NCBI GenBank assembly: GCA_964635445.1
Contig: CAZWNK010000001.1
Span: forward strand, 3,422 to 67,421
Direction: 5' to 3'
DNA length: 64,000 nt
Source of the DNA: an uncultured Candidatus Saccharibacteria bacterium
GTDB lineage: Bacteria; Patescibacteriota; Saccharimonadia; Saccharimonadales; CAZDBS01
Shown here: piece after piece, positions 31,465 through 42,700 of the stretch
Numbering within the stretch: position 1 is the first letter of the stretch
Layout of the letters: each line of letters begins with the position of its first letter
Position numbers and translations under genes: made by a program
Notes under the pieces: model-generated
The model's database searches: none
What the model was told of the DNA's origin: nothing
What the model saw: the letters and a program-made list of their open reading frames with translations, nothing else

Positions 31465-32524
31465 TGCGGTGCGAGTAACGCATCGCTACCTTCTCGCCCA
31501 TTCGCTGCCAACTCTTAGCTTTGGCAGGTTTGAGTAATTGATCAATGCTAGGCATATATGCAGTGACGGTATCATGAAAACTCAACTTAAACCGTGTGAT
31601 TCCCGTAAGTGGATGTGATGTATCGTCTATAGCTGATAGCGGCGCTGCACCATGGAGGTCAATTATGGACGCGCCCTTTGACCTCAAAAACTTCATAGCT
31701 TCATAGAGGAGAAGAGAAGGTGCACCGATATCCGTTTTCTCACGTGTTAGTCCGGCATCTTTGTAGGTCGCCATACGTCCGGACCACATGAAAAAACCAC
31801 CCGCAATGATACGGCCTTCGAATCGTGCAAAGAAAAACTGGCCGTTGCCGTTGTAACAATATGCTTCCCAGAAATCTTTAAAATACTCGTATGCTCGTAG
31901 GTAGTACCCTGTTCGAGCCGACGTTTCCTGCATAAGAGCGTACATAGCTTGCATCACTTTTTCTGAAGCTTCTGGTCTCTCAATAGTCACACCCTTTCGC
32001 ATCCCGAGGCGTACGCTATAGCGCGTTTTGGATGCAAATGAATCCAATAACTTTTCGTCATCCATAGATATATCCACGAGGACAGTTGATAGGTTTGTCT
32101 GGATAGTCTTAGATGCCGACGACACGCCTAGCTTTGCAATATCGATGTGCTGCTCGACGACCATCGGTTCATTGCGTCGACGCGTTGCGATGATAATCCG
32201 TGGCTCCATACGCACGAGAAATACATTGTCGAGAAGCTGAGCCCTCTGGTTCGCCTTTAGTACATTTTTAAGTTGTGCGAGCGTACGCACTCCTGGACCG
32301 TTCGGCGCATACCAAAGCTCACCTAAGCCACGAAGACGCTTTGTGAGATAGAGTACAGCTAACATGGACTCTGATTCATATATAACGTAGCGGGGTGTCC
32401 ACCCGTGTTTGCTCTTGGCTTCTCCAAAAGCTTTGCACTGCAATGGTGTACCGCCATTAGGGTTTGAGGCGATCAATGTGTCCCACACTTCGATCTCATG
32501 CTCGGTTGCTTCCCGAGCGTTCAT
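31442..32524 (-). CDS. FemAB/MurM family peptidoglycan bridge peptidyltransferase
   Basis: YAPNGP, KTRYSVRLG, FKLSF. Confidence 0.88.
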   Translation of the reverse strand: MNAREATEHEIEVWDTLIASNPNGGTPLQCKAFGEAKSKHGWTPRYVIYESESMLAVLYLTKRLRGLGELWYAPNGPGVRTLAQLKNVLKANQRAQLLDNVFLVRMEPRIIIATRRRNEPMVVEQHIDIAKLGVSSASKTIQTNLSTVLVDISMDDEKLLDSFASKTRYSVRLGMRKGVTIERPEASEKVMQAMYALMQETSARTGYYLRAYEYFKDFWEAYCYNGNGQFFFARFEGRIIAGGFFMWSGRMATYKDAGLTREKTDIGAPSLLLYEAMKFLRSKGASIIDLHGAAPLSAIDDTSHPLTGITRFKLSFHDTVTAYMPSIDQLLKPAKAKSWQRMGEKVAMRYSHRIKKQIFY

Positions 32525-33513
32525 GTTCGCTTACCTCGACGTACACGCCGCATCACACGTTTGGCGATCGGCAATCCTCGTTCCCATGCTTGATAGAGCG
32601 CAAGTCGGATCGGATAGTCGTACGGACCAATCAACGTAGTCGGTTCTTCGACAAACCCGCTCTTGAACTGGTCTATGCCTTCATTCAGACGACCGTTGAG
32701 ATCATAGGTCGTAACGCCTGCTGTCTTCATCCGCTTCATTACTTCCCATTTCAGCGTATAGTTAGCTTTCAGATCACTGCCTTCATCCGACATTCCCCCA
32801 TATAGCTCAAACGCGATAGCGTCTGTTGCCACCAGCCACAAAAACGACAAGAGCCTGCCGTCTTTTTTGGCAACGTAGATGTGATTGTTTTCTCCCAAAG
32901 TCTGACAAAGACGGTGATAGTACTGTGCTTCATGCAGCGCGAAATCTGCACGTTTTGCAGTTTCTCTGTATAACTCCATGATGTCATCGAGATGAAGATT
33001 GCTTGTATCTCGGACCACCTCGATACCTTCACGTTCGCTTTTACGGATATACTGACGCGTCTTCGAACGCATACCATTCAATATATCCTCGTCACTTTGC
33101 CTGAGATCTATCATCAATGTACTATCGAGCAAGATACGATTCTGGGAACGTCGCCATCCTTTTGGCAGCTTCCCGATTGTCCAGTTGGGTTCAATTTTAA
33201 CAGAGATAGCGCTATGCTCTCTGGCATAATCTGTGATCGCTGCAAGTAAAAACTTAAGTTCATCACTGCCAGGTTTCGCGACCGGACCGCGAGGTATATA
33301 CATGAAAACACGTGGTACTTTCGGAATTTGACGAATAAGCATTTGTGCAGCCGCAATTATGCGGTCGTCGTCGGTAACCGCCAGACGCACTGGCTGCCAT
33401 CCATTGAGCTCTTTGAGTTCCCCCCAGCCCCATAGCTGCAACGGATGTCCGTATGGGCTGTGCGAAACAAAGTCGTCCCATACATTTCTATCTTCGACTA
33501 TCTGTAATTGCAT
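32521..33513 (-). CDS. FemAB/MurM family peptidoglycan bridge peptidyltransferase
   Basis: HPLQLWGWGELK, YIPRGP, KTRQYIRKS, FKSGF. Confidence 0.9.
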   Translation of the reverse strand: MQLQIVEDRNVWDDFVSHSPYGHPLQLWGWGELKELNGWQPVRLAVTDDDRIIAAAQMLIRQIPKVPRVFMYIPRGPVAKPGSDELKFLLAAITDYAREHSAISVKIEPNWTIGKLPKGWRRSQNRILLDSTLMIDLRQSDEDILNGMRSKTRQYIRKSEREGIEVVRDTSNLHLDDIMELYRETAKRADFALHEAQYYHRLCQTLGENNHIYVAKKDGRLLSFLWLVATDAIAFELYGGMSDEGSDLKANYTLKWEVMKRMKTAGVTTYDLNGRLNEGIDQFKSGFVEEPTTLIGPYDYPIRLALYQAWERGLPIAKRVMRRVRRGKRT

Positions 33514-33517
33514 GGTT

Positions 33518-33859
33518 TCATTCTAGCACTTGCTCTATAAACTCTATAGCTCCTGAGCCGCCATCTACTGAAGCGGCACTTAGGACGTATTCACCTTGCC
33601 AACTATGAAGATGCACCCACATATCGGCTGCAAAACGCATTTGACGAAGCTTTGATCGCGTCACATAGTCAAATCCCTCACCTTGTTGGCCTGATCGACG
33701 AAACTTGACCTCGACAAAATGCATGAGTTTACCTTTCTCAGCTACAATATCCACCTCACACCACTTCGTTTTCCAGTTACGATCAACGATTTTGAATTTG
33801 TGAGCTTGAAGATAGTTAGCAACCGCATCTTCTGCTCGTTTTCCAGTCTCAGTTGACAT
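33518..33859 (-). CDS. YraN family putative endonuclease
   Basis: GKRAE, RNW..EVDIVA..FVEVK.R. Confidence 0.9.
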   Translation of the reverse strand: MSTETGKRAEDAVANYLQAHKFKIVDRNWKTKWCEVDIVAEKGKLMHFVEVKFRRSGQQGEGFDYVTRSKLRQMRFAADMWVHLHSWQGEYVLSAASVDGGSGAIEFIEQVLE

Positions 33860-34409
33860 AACCACCGACTACTGCGACCGGCTTATAGCTCATCCGATGT
33901 AGACTGCTCGCTCCGAACAACTTCAACATTTCTTGATGGAGTTTTGTACCGTACCCAACGTGTTTATCAAATTGATAATGTGGCATGAGATGATGAATGT
34001 GACGCATGTAGCGGTCCCGCGCTTCTTTGGCCACAATCGAAGCGGCTGAAATCTCCGGGATAAGCTGATCGCCTTTGACGATAGTTTGTACATCTGGAAG
34101 TTCAGATAGGTAGTTGATATTACCATCGATGATAATCGGCGATGTCAAAGAGACCGCCAGTACCGCCTGCATCATAGCGCTCTTCACGGCTTTGGTTAAG
34201 CCGTAGGTATCAATATATTGTGGGCTCACCCAGCCAATACCAACATGAGCAGAGGCTCGAATTTGCAAATCAAGTATGTGCCGTTGTTTGGCCGATAACA
34301 TTTTTGAATCTCGAAGTCCTTTGATAGGCATAGTCAGTCTGACGGCAGCAGCGACTAACGGACCTGCCCAACACCCTCTACCTACTTCATCGACACCGAT
34401 GATATCCAT
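33849..34409 (-). CDS. rnhB: Ribonuclease HII
   Basis: GVDEVGRG..AGP, DSK, AASIVAK, GYGT. Confidence 0.96.
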   Translation of the reverse strand: MDIIGVDEVGRGCWAGPLVAAAVRLTMPIKGLRDSKMLSAKQRHILDLQIRASAHVGIGWVSPQYIDTYGLTKAVKSAMMQAVLAVSLTSPIIIDGNINYLSELPDVQTIVKGDQLIPEISAASIVAKEARDRYMRHIHHLMPHYQFDKHVGYGTKLHQEMLKLFGASSLHRMSYKPVAVVGGYVN

Positions 34410-34520
34410 GACATCATTATAGACGTCAGGCTTCGGTTTTCAGAATCCAGAATATCTGCTCTTCCTAGACTGAGTGTCTTGCCTGCCCATTGACAATGAG
34501 ATGATAAAGACCGAGCTATT

Positions 34521-34613
34521 AACCCCAATGGTCCCGCCTGTCTGGCCAACAGGACGGACAGGTTTTCGCACTTTTGACAGCAAAAGTGCGAATGTGGTCC
34601 AGCTTTAGCTGGA
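34521..34613. repeat. Repeat family B, copy 1 (REP-like palindrome)
   Basis: AACCCCAATGGT..TTCGCACTTTTG-ACAG-CAAAAGTGCGAA..TCCAGCTTTAGCTGGA; matches 48682-48749. Confidence 0.75.
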
Positions 34614-34617
34614 AAAA

Positions 34618-35118
34618 CTATTCTTTGACTTCAGCTTCTACTTTTTCAGCTTTGACGTCTGCAGCTTCGTCTTTTTCTTCAGGTACGTAGTTCTCAGCAG
34701 CTTCAGCTTTCATTTCTTCGAGCTCAGCTTCTGCTTCTTTGTCTTTGACGGCATTGACTGCTTCTTTGTCAAAATCAACACCCGTAAGTCGAGTTGATTT
34801 ACCACTTCGCTCGCGCATATAGGTCAGGTATTTGCGGCGAACTTTACTTCGCTTGGTGACTTCTATCTTGAGTACGAGTGGAGAATGCAAAAGATAGGTT
34901 TTCTCGACACCAACACCGCTTGCAACGCGTCGAACTGTAATGCTGCTTGTCAGAGAGCCTTTGCGAGTGGTACGAATGACTAAACCTTCGAAAATCTGAA
35001 TACGCTCTTTGTTGCCTTCTTTGATTTTCTGGTGCACACGAACAGTATCGCCAGACTGCACATCAACGACAGCTGACTTCTTGTACTTATTTTCGATAGC
35101 TTGGATTAGATTGCTCAT
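34618..35118 (-). CDS. rplS: 50S ribosomal protein L19 with acidic C-terminal tail
   Basis: GDTVRVH..KEGNKERIQIFEG, GVGVEK, KVRR. Confidence 0.97.
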   Translation of the reverse strand: MSNLIQAIENKYKKSAVVDVQSGDTVRVHQKIKEGNKERIQIFEGLVIRTTRKGSLTSSITVRRVASGVGVEKTYLLHSPLVLKIEVTKRSKVRRKYLTYMRERSGKSTRLTGVDFDKEAVNAVKDKEAEAELEEMKAEAAENYVPEEKDEAADVKAEKVEAEVKE

Positions 35119-35183
35119 AATTAGACTCCCGATACTCTACTACAAACAGATCAGATTTGCAATATCTTGGTAGAATATTAGCC

Positions 35184-35708
35184 ATGCGCCACGATACAGT
35201 CACCGAACCACTGAAAGAAATCATCGACTCGATACGTTCTGATCTCGTTCGAATTGCTTTAGATGTGGCTACTCAGAAAGTCCCTACCAAGAAAAACAGT
35301 GAAGTTCTCTACAAAGCGACTCCTCAAGACGGTTTTGATTGCTCAGGGTTTGTCACGTGGTCACTTCAGCAAGCGTTTCGCGCTCATCATATGGCATTTG
35401 ATCCTGACGAGTTCGCGCATACCAATGACTTTGCTGACAAATTTGGCGTCTTGGTGCAGTGGGAAGCTAGAAAACCAGGAGACATTATACTTTTTTCGTA
35501 CAATGGCTACCGTCCCTCACATGTCGGTATCATCGTTAGTCCTACTGAATATGTCCATGCCTCGCCCTCAAAACATGAGATAGTTATCAAAAGTCCATAC
35601 AAGCAAGCAACGATCGTACCGAAGGCCGGGTACGAGCAGATATACTTTCGCAACCCTATAGCGATCAAACGTCTTGGCATCAAAGTCAACGACTGGATGT
35701 TGGTCTAG
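35184..35708 (+). CDS. NlpC/P60 family cysteine peptidase
   Basis: GFDCSGFV, PGDIILF, HVGI, HAS. Confidence 0.9.
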   Translation: MRHDTVTEPLKEIIDSIRSDLVRIALDVATQKVPTKKNSEVLYKATPQDGFDCSGFVTWSLQQAFRAHHMAFDPDEFAHTNDFADKFGVLVQWEARKPGDIILFSYNGYRPSHVGIIVSPTEYVHASPSKHEIVIKSPYKQATIVPKAGYEQIYFRNPIAIKRLGIKVNDWMLV

Positions 35709-37306
35709 CCGACAACTCTATAGACTTCCGAGAGTGAGGTTTCACCTCTGATAGCTTTGAGTATTCCGTCTTGTAGCATCGTCTTCATGCCATCGCGGAT
35801 TGCAGCTGCCTCAAAATCTTGCGCTGTGACTTCTCTCGCTGGCTTTTTGAAAAGTTCGAGAATAGTCGGCTTCATGAGAAATTGTTCGCGAAGTGCTATC
35901 TGACCAGTGTATCCAAAGGGATTCTCGGCAGAACTTCCGGGATTGTACAGTTTGAGACCATCAAGTGAAGGTCGCTCCATGCCCTCTGGTAGCGTATCGA
36001 CAACTTCTCTGACTTTCGCAAGCGTATGCTCGTCAGGATCGTATGCAACTTTGGTCGAATCATCCAGTCGACGTACCAGTCGTTGCGCCATGACCAGGCG
36101 TATCGCAGATCCAAACAGTGGGTTTTCTCCAATAACATCCATGAGCCTTGTCAAAGCTGCCGCTGCCGATCCAGCATGAAACGTACTGAGGACGAGATGT
36201 CCGGTCAAGGAAGCTTGTAGGGCCGTCTTAGCGGTATCCATATCTCGTATCTCGCCAACCATGATAATGTCTGGATCGAGACGCAACACCGCCCGCAAAC
36301 GATCAGCAAAATTCAACTCCTGTGCACTTTTGGAATTGATCGAGATCTGCGTTAAGCCTTCAAATTGATATTCCACCGGATCTTCCAAGGTGATGATCTT
36401 TCGCTCTGCATTGTTGAGCGTGTTCAGCATCGAATACAACGTCGTCGTCTTGCCCGAACCCGTCGGTCCAACGATCAGCACGAGACCGCTCGGTTTACTG
36501 ATGATGTCATCGACAATCGCCCGCTCATCTGGACTAAGTCCCAAACGATCAAAGTTATACATCGATTGGTCCATATGGAATAGCCGCATCACAACATCCA
36601 TACCGTGGATAGTGGGTATTGTTTCGAGACGCATATTGATCTGCACTGTGGAGCCGTCGGCCATAGTCACGTCTTGTGATATATGGCCTTGCTGTGCTTC
36701 AGGTGCGCTTGTTGAGACATTACCTGCAATAGCTATAGACGACTGTAGCGTGCGGTATTTTTCATGACTCAGTCGAGCGATAGGATGAAGTACGCCGTCT
36801 ATTCGAAAGCGGATACCGACATCTGCTTTGGCATTTTCGATATGGATGTCGGATGCATTGAGCCTATGGGCTTGTTTTACGAGATACGCCAATATATCAT
36901 CCGCCCTAACTTCAGACAGTGTCTTGGAAACCTCTTGAACTAAAGTGTCCTGGCCAGCATTTGATAAAGCAATGTCTTGATATACGACCTGTTTGGGAGG
37001 GTCATATAGCTTCATAAACTCCCTGAACCCTGTCTCAGATATCATAACGAACGTCACTCGCTCGTCAGTGAACCGTTGCTGTAGTCTGTCAAACGTATGC
37101 TGAGGCGTCGTGATAGTAACGGCAAACAGACCAAAACCTTTTCCAAAATCCAGTGGAAATGTTTTGAGCTCATACATGTCATGTATAGGAAGAACATCTT
37201 TGAACAGTTTTCTGTCTTGGAGTTCTGATGTATTTAGGTAATTCAAACCGAGCATGCGAGCATGCTCGGCAGTGATTTGCTCTTCTTTGACTCGAGCTGG
37301 ATCCAT
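35705..37306 (-). CDS. GspE/PilB family secretion or pilus ATPase
   Basis: ASDIHIE, GPTGSGKTTT, EDPVEY, LRLDPD..GEIRD. Confidence 0.93.
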   Translation of the reverse strand: MDPARVKEEQITAEHARMLGLNYLNTSELQDRKLFKDVLPIHDMYELKTFPLDFGKGFGLFAVTITTPQHTFDRLQQRFTDERVTFVMISETGFREFMKLYDPPKQVVYQDIALSNAGQDTLVQEVSKTLSEVRADDILAYLVKQAHRLNASDIHIENAKADVGIRFRIDGVLHPIARLSHEKYRTLQSSIAIAGNVSTSAPEAQQGHISQDVTMADGSTVQINMRLETIPTIHGMDVVMRLFHMDQSMYNFDRLGLSPDERAIVDDIISKPSGLVLIVGPTGSGKTTTLYSMLNTLNNAERKIITLEDPVEYQFEGLTQISINSKSAQELNFADRLRAVLRLDPDIIMVGEIRDMDTAKTALQASLTGHLVLSTFHAGSAAAALTRLMDVIGENPLFGSAIRLVMAQRLVRRLDDSTKVAYDPDEHTLAKVREVVDTLPEGMERPSLDGLKLYNPGSSAENPFGYTGQIALREQFLMKPTILELFKKPAREVTAQDFEAAAIRDGMKTMLQDGILKAIRGETSLSEVYRVVG

Positions 37307-37367
37307 ATAGATACCATTGTACCAAACGTGAGCATGTTGCACTGTTCTTTCCTGTATTATGATCGAT

Positions 37368-37880
37368 ATGTCCACACTTTCTCTGATCGTTCATAATGTC
37401 CGTAGCGCCCACAATGTTGGCTCGATACTCCGTACGGCCGATGGTCTTGGTATAGACCACGTATACCTGACTGGATATTCCCCCTATCCCTATACTGATA
37501 CTGATGACCGCCTTCCCCATGAGGCACGAAAAGTACATGCCGCGATTCACAAATCCGCACTTGGAGCCGAGCAGACTACCAGTTGGTCGCACGACAAAGA
37601 AATAGAAGGATTGATACAACACCTTAAATCACTTGGTACGACGATCGTCACTATCGAGCAGACACCTGAGAGTATCGAGCTACAGGATTTCCTCGCCACA
37701 TATCGACCACACAATACCGTCCTCATCGTCGGCAACGAAGTGACCGGTATAGACGACACCATTGTGAAGATGGCCGATATGAGCGTCGAGATCAAGATGT
37801 ATGGTCGCAAAGAGTCTTTCAATGTTGCCATCGCAGCAGCACTCGCGCTGTATCAGTTCAAACAAAAACTACTGTCGTAA
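37368..37880 (+). CDS. TrmH/SpoU family RNA methyltransferase
   Basis: NVRSAHNVGSILRTAD, VGNEVTGI, KESFNVA. Confidence 0.92.
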   Translation: MSTLSLIVHNVRSAHNVGSILRTADGLGIDHVYLTGYSPYPYTDTDDRLPHEARKVHAAIHKSALGAEQTTSWSHDKEIEGLIQHLKSLGTTIVTIEQTPESIELQDFLATYRPHNTVLIVGNEVTGIDDTIVKMADMSVEIKMYGRKESFNVAIAAALALYQFKQKLLS

Positions 37881-38008
37881 GACTTACATTACAATTCGCT
37901 GAAATTGCATTGCAATACATATGCTCGTTAGGCTACAGTGTGTTTGTATATATAAGTTTGCAGTTTGCGAGTGGGCGTCTGCAGCGCTACTAACTATGGA
38001 GGGATCCC

Positions 38009-38695
38009 ATGCGCACATTCTCGCAAAATATAACTAAACTTGGCCTCGGCTTGTTTGCCGTCTCGGCTGTCGTCTTCGCTGGCGTTCACACTACGTCTGC
38101 AGCAAGTGGTGGTCCGTCAGTACCCGCTACCCCGACAGCACCTGTGGCGCCATCAGCGTCATCTAATCAGTCCACAACTCAAGCACAGTACAACTTTGTC
38201 GCCGCGGATGGCGATTCCTTGACACTGTTAGCTCGCAGAGCTGTTGATCAGTACGCCAAAGAGCAAAAACTCACCCTTTCACCCGCAGCACGAGTCTATG
38301 CCGAGACTAATATCGTTCAGGAATTTGGAAGCCGTTTTCTCAATCTCGGGGAAAATGTAAGCATTCCACGTTCACTTGTCGAAAAATACGTCAAATCTAG
38401 TCAGTCACTCACAGCAGACGATTCAGCAGCTTGGAACGTATACGCTGTGACAGTAGACTTCCCATCAAGTCTCGCAACGCCAGCTCCAACTCCCGTAACA
38501 CCAAACCAGCAGACCAATCAACCCGCACAACCACAAAGCAATGACCAGAACAAAGATGACCAGTCAAACAATAGTGATAAGAAATCATCTACGCCATGGT
38601 ACTGGTGGCCTATCGGTATCGCGACTCTTGCAGGTCTGTACTACATCCTCGGCGGCAAGCCATCCAAGGACGAAACCAGCACAACCAAGAAGTAA
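38009..38695 (+). CDS. Secreted/surface protein with LysM-like segment and C-terminal TM anchor
   Basis: Signal peptide, YNFVAADGDSLTLLAR, Pro/Gln linker, C-terminal TM. Confidence 0.65.
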   Translation: MRTFSQNITKLGLGLFAVSAVVFAGVHTTSAASGGPSVPATPTAPVAPSASSNQSTTQAQYNFVAADGDSLTLLARRAVDQYAKEQKLTLSPAARVYAETNIVQEFGSRFLNLGENVSIPRSLVEKYVKSSQSLTADDSAAWNVYAVTVDFPSSLATPAPTPVTPNQQTNQPAQPQSNDQNKDDQSNNSDKKSSTPWYWWPIGIATLAGLYYILGGKPSKDETSTTKK

Positions 38696-38748
38696 TACCG
38701 ATCAAAACTTGAGTAGGTATACCGTAAGCGGTATAATCCGATCAAACG

Positions 38749-39789
38749 ATGCGTTATTTGAAACAAAAAAATCCTTATAAACATCAATCCCGAACTGCCA
38801 TGGTTCCTCGGAGCTATGCGAGACCCTCCGTAACACACATGCCGCTCAAGGTCGGATCGTTTATGCTGTTGTCGTTTGCCATCGGTCTCAATATCTTTGG
38901 CATCCAACACAAACAGGCCTCAGGCGTACTCGCCTATGCTACCAACACCACCGTAGACGGCCTTCTGACAGCAACCAATGCCGAACGAACAAGTCGTGGC
39001 CTACCAGCTCTAAAACTCAACAGTAAACTCGCAGCGTCATCGCAAGCAAAGTCAGACGATATGGTTGCGACGAACTACTGGGCTCACAACCGTCCAGACG
39101 GCACGACGCCGTGGGTATTTTTCGCAAATGCCGGTTACCAAGGTCTCAAAGAAGGTGAAAACTTAGCCTACGGCCAGCTTACCTCCCAACAAGCGGTCAA
39201 CGAGTGGATGGCTAGCCCAACCCACCGAGATAATATTCTGGACAGTTCGTATTGCGAGGTCGGCTTCGGAATATCCAAGAGTGCAGACTTTGTTGGCTCT
39301 GGTCCTGAGACGATAGTCGCAGCGCATTACGGAGAACCAGCGACGGGCTGCACTACAACGACTGTCACAACACCCAAAACTACCACCACGACAAAAGCTA
39401 CAACGACGCCAAAGGCGACAGCAAGCACACCGACGACCACACCCGCGACTACCGAAACGCCCACACCTGCCCCAGCGCCTGTCGTACAAGTCAAAGTTAC
39501 ACAGACTCCCTACACCAATCAGTCACCAAATGTTGAACCCAAAGAAACTCGCCTCACGCGCGTGCAAATGTTTACGCATGGTAAAGCACCATGGGCAACC
39601 TACGCACTGAGCGTCATCCTATTTGCATCTATCACCATATACGTCATCAAGCATGCCATAGGGATCAAGAAAACGGTCATGAAAGGCGAGAAATGGGTCC
39701 TGCATCATCCGGCACTTGATATGACTATCCTGGCTGTCATCGCACTTAGTTTCTACCTCACCCGCTATATCGGCGGTGTAATCAAGTAG
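38749..39789 (+). CDS. CAP/SCP domain membrane protein
   Basis: TNAER, YWAH, GENLA, WMASPTHRDNIL; Thr/Pro linker; TMs. Confidence 0.9.
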   Translation: MRYLKQKNPYKHQSRTAMVPRSYARPSVTHMPLKVGSFMLLSFAIGLNIFGIQHKQASGVLAYATNTTVDGLLTATNAERTSRGLPALKLNSKLAASSQAKSDDMVATNYWAHNRPDGTTPWVFFANAGYQGLKEGENLAYGQLTSQQAVNEWMASPTHRDNILDSSYCEVGFGISKSADFVGSGPETIVAAHYGEPATGCTTTTVTTPKTTTTTKATTTPKATASTPTTTPATTETPTPAPAPVVQVKVTQTPYTNQSPNVEPKETRLTRVQMFTHGKAPWATYALSVILFASITIYVIKHAIGIKKTVMKGEKWVLHHPALDMTILAVIALSFYLTRYIGGVIK

Positions 39790-39792
39790 AGT

Positions 39793-42700
39793 TTATCTCA
39801 GTACAACCGAGCTCTCTCCGAGCAAACCAGTCAAGTTCCCGAGCAACTCTTGATGTGGATCGATGCGAAACGGCAAACGTATGGCTGTTTTCTGCTCGCC
39901 TTCGCCCAAAACAAGAACCACTGAGCGCTCACCCGGCGCAGTATTGAGTTGCTGTTTGAGTTGGAGGAGTGTGTCAGCGTTTTTGGGATCCTTGATCTGA
40001 AGATACAGGATTTGCTCGAGTGTTGGTGGTGACTGAGACGAGGTAGATACCTCGGAAGACGTAACAATTTTCTTCTTACGAAACTTCGGTGGTTCTTTTT
40101 CTATGCCTGTACTGTGATAATCCTGTATTGATTCCGGCGTAATCTCGCGCAGTTCATCCGCCAGAATTTTGATTTCAGACGTGAGGTTGCCTTCTCGATC
40201 TTTCGCATTGATCTTACCTCGAGCTATGACGACATTGTCGATGACGAGTAGCGACTCATGCTCTTCGAATACGCTCGGAAATACGATCAACTCGACATCA
40301 CCACTTTGGTCCTCAAGTTTTACAAACGCCATCTTGGCATTGTTTTTGGTCACAATCTGACGAACAGCAGAAATAATACCGCCAATTTGCACCGTCTTGC
40401 CATCCATATCCTGCGTCAATTTCTTAGTTGCTACTGCATTTTCTTTGAGATAGGTATCAAACATCTTAAGGGGGTGATTCGACAGATAGAGACCGAGGAG
40501 TTCCCGCTCCCATTGAAGCTGCTCTCGTTCTGTAGGAGGATTTGGAGCAGACTCGAAACTGATAGCTCCGATATACTCATCCGAGTTCATGAGACCGCCG
40601 AATAGATCCGATTGCCCTTCGGCGGCTTCTTTGTGCAGGCGTGCGCCAAATGCCAAAATTGCATCGAGGTTGTGCAACAAATCGCCGCGACTCGCAAAAC
40701 GATCGTACGCACCAGCACGGATCAAGCTTTCCCAGACCTTACGATTAACGGATTTGGTACTGACTCGTTTGACGAAGTCCTCGAGTGACGCAAACTTCCC
40801 GTTTTCATTCCGGATACGGACAATCTCGTCTACTGCTGCCTCACCAACATTTTTGACCGCTGCCATACCGAACCGTACTTTATCCGTCATAGGATCACCG
40901 CCTGGCACGACAGCAAACTCGGCAAATGATTCATTGACGTCTGGCGGTAGGACTTCGATGCCCATATGCTGACATTCAGAGATCTCAATCGCCAGTCGAT
41001 CAGTATCATCCATGTCACTGGTCATCAGTGCAGCCATGAATGCACTCGGATAATGCGCTTTAAGATAGGCTGTTTGATACGATATCAATCCATAACACGC
41101 TGAGTGAGACTTATTGAAACAATAGTCAGCAAATCCAAGCAAGTCCTTCCAAAACTTTTCGATTAATGCCTTATCTACTCCGTTGGCGACAGCACCATCG
41201 ATGAATTTAACCTTCATTTTTTCCATCACATCGATCTTCTTTTTGCCGATAGCTTTGCGGAGTGTGTCAGCTTCGCCACCAGTGAAACCGCAGACATCAC
41301 GTGAGATCTGCATCACCTGCTCCTGGTACACCAGCACTCCAAACGTATTGCCGAGCGCTGCTTCCATGAGAGGATGCGCATAGCTGACTGGTTCCAGGCC
41401 GTTTTTGCGCTTGATATAGCTATCAGTCAGTCCGGCAGACAAGGGTCCAGGACGATAGAGCGCACCCATGGCTACGACATCATCAAACACGGTTGGCTTC
41501 AACTCACGCAGATACCGTTTCATGCCCGATGACTCAAACTGAAACACGCCAGTCGTATCGCCGCGAGCCAGCAAATCAAATGTTTTTTGATCATCGAGAG
41601 GGATTGTAGAGATGTCAATATCGTTGTCGTAGACCCTCTTGATGATACGGAGTGCGTTTTTGATAATTGTGAGGTTGGAGAGACCGAGGAAATCCATCTT
41701 CAACAGTCCCAGCTCTTCGATTGGACCCATAGGGTATTGTGTAGCGATCACACCCTTTTGCGCCAATTCCAACGGTACAAATTTGACGATGTCATCGGGC
41801 GCAATCACAACACCAGCAGCATGAACGCCATGACTGCGAATCGTCCCCTCGACACGAACAGCGAGATCCATGACGCGTTTGGCAGTCGGGTTAGTGTCAT
41901 ACTCATGCTTGAGTTCCGGCGTCTCATTGATCGATTTTTTGAGCGGAATGTGGCGACCTTGCGCTGGCGGGGGCACGAGCTTAGCAAGTCGGTCGGCATC
42001 TGCATACGGCACTTGCAATACTCTGGAAACGTCACGAATAGCGTTTCTACCCATCATCTTGCCGAATGTCACGATATTAGCCACTCGTTCTTTGCCGTAT
42101 TTCTGAACGCAATACTGTATAACTTCGTCACGCCTCGAATCTTGAATGTCAACGTCCACATCAGGCATCGAGATACGATCAGGATTTAAGAAACGTTCGA
42201 ACAGGAGGTCGTATTTGAGCGGATCAAGCTCAGTGATTTTGAGACTATACGCGATGATCGAACCGGCTGCGGATCCTCGACCTGGGCCGAAGATGATGCC
42301 GTTGCCTTTGCCCCAATTGATAAAATCCCAGATGATTAAGAAGTACCCGTTGAAGCCCATCTGATCGATGACGCCCAGCTCATACACTGCACGTTGCAGC
42401 ACGGGTTCAGGGATAGTTTTTTTGGCATCATCTATTGATAAGTTTTTCGACTCCGTTTCACTCACTTCGCCGTAGCGCCAGGCCAGACCTTGATACACGA
42501 GCTGATCGAGGAATGATTTCTCATCCATGCCGGCGGGGACTGGAAATTTCGGGATAAGTATCCGTCCCAACTCAAACTCGACATTGCATCGATCGGCAAT
42601 TTCTTTGGTGTTGCTAATGTAGTCGGGATGTTCCGCTCCCCATCGACCGATCAGTTCAAGAGGCTCAGTGACATGCAGATGAAAATCTTTGAGACTCATC

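Noticed and set aside
39350-39480. Low-complexity ACN-rich tract
   Set aside because: It encodes the Thr/Pro linker of the CAP protein and is not a separate repeat element.
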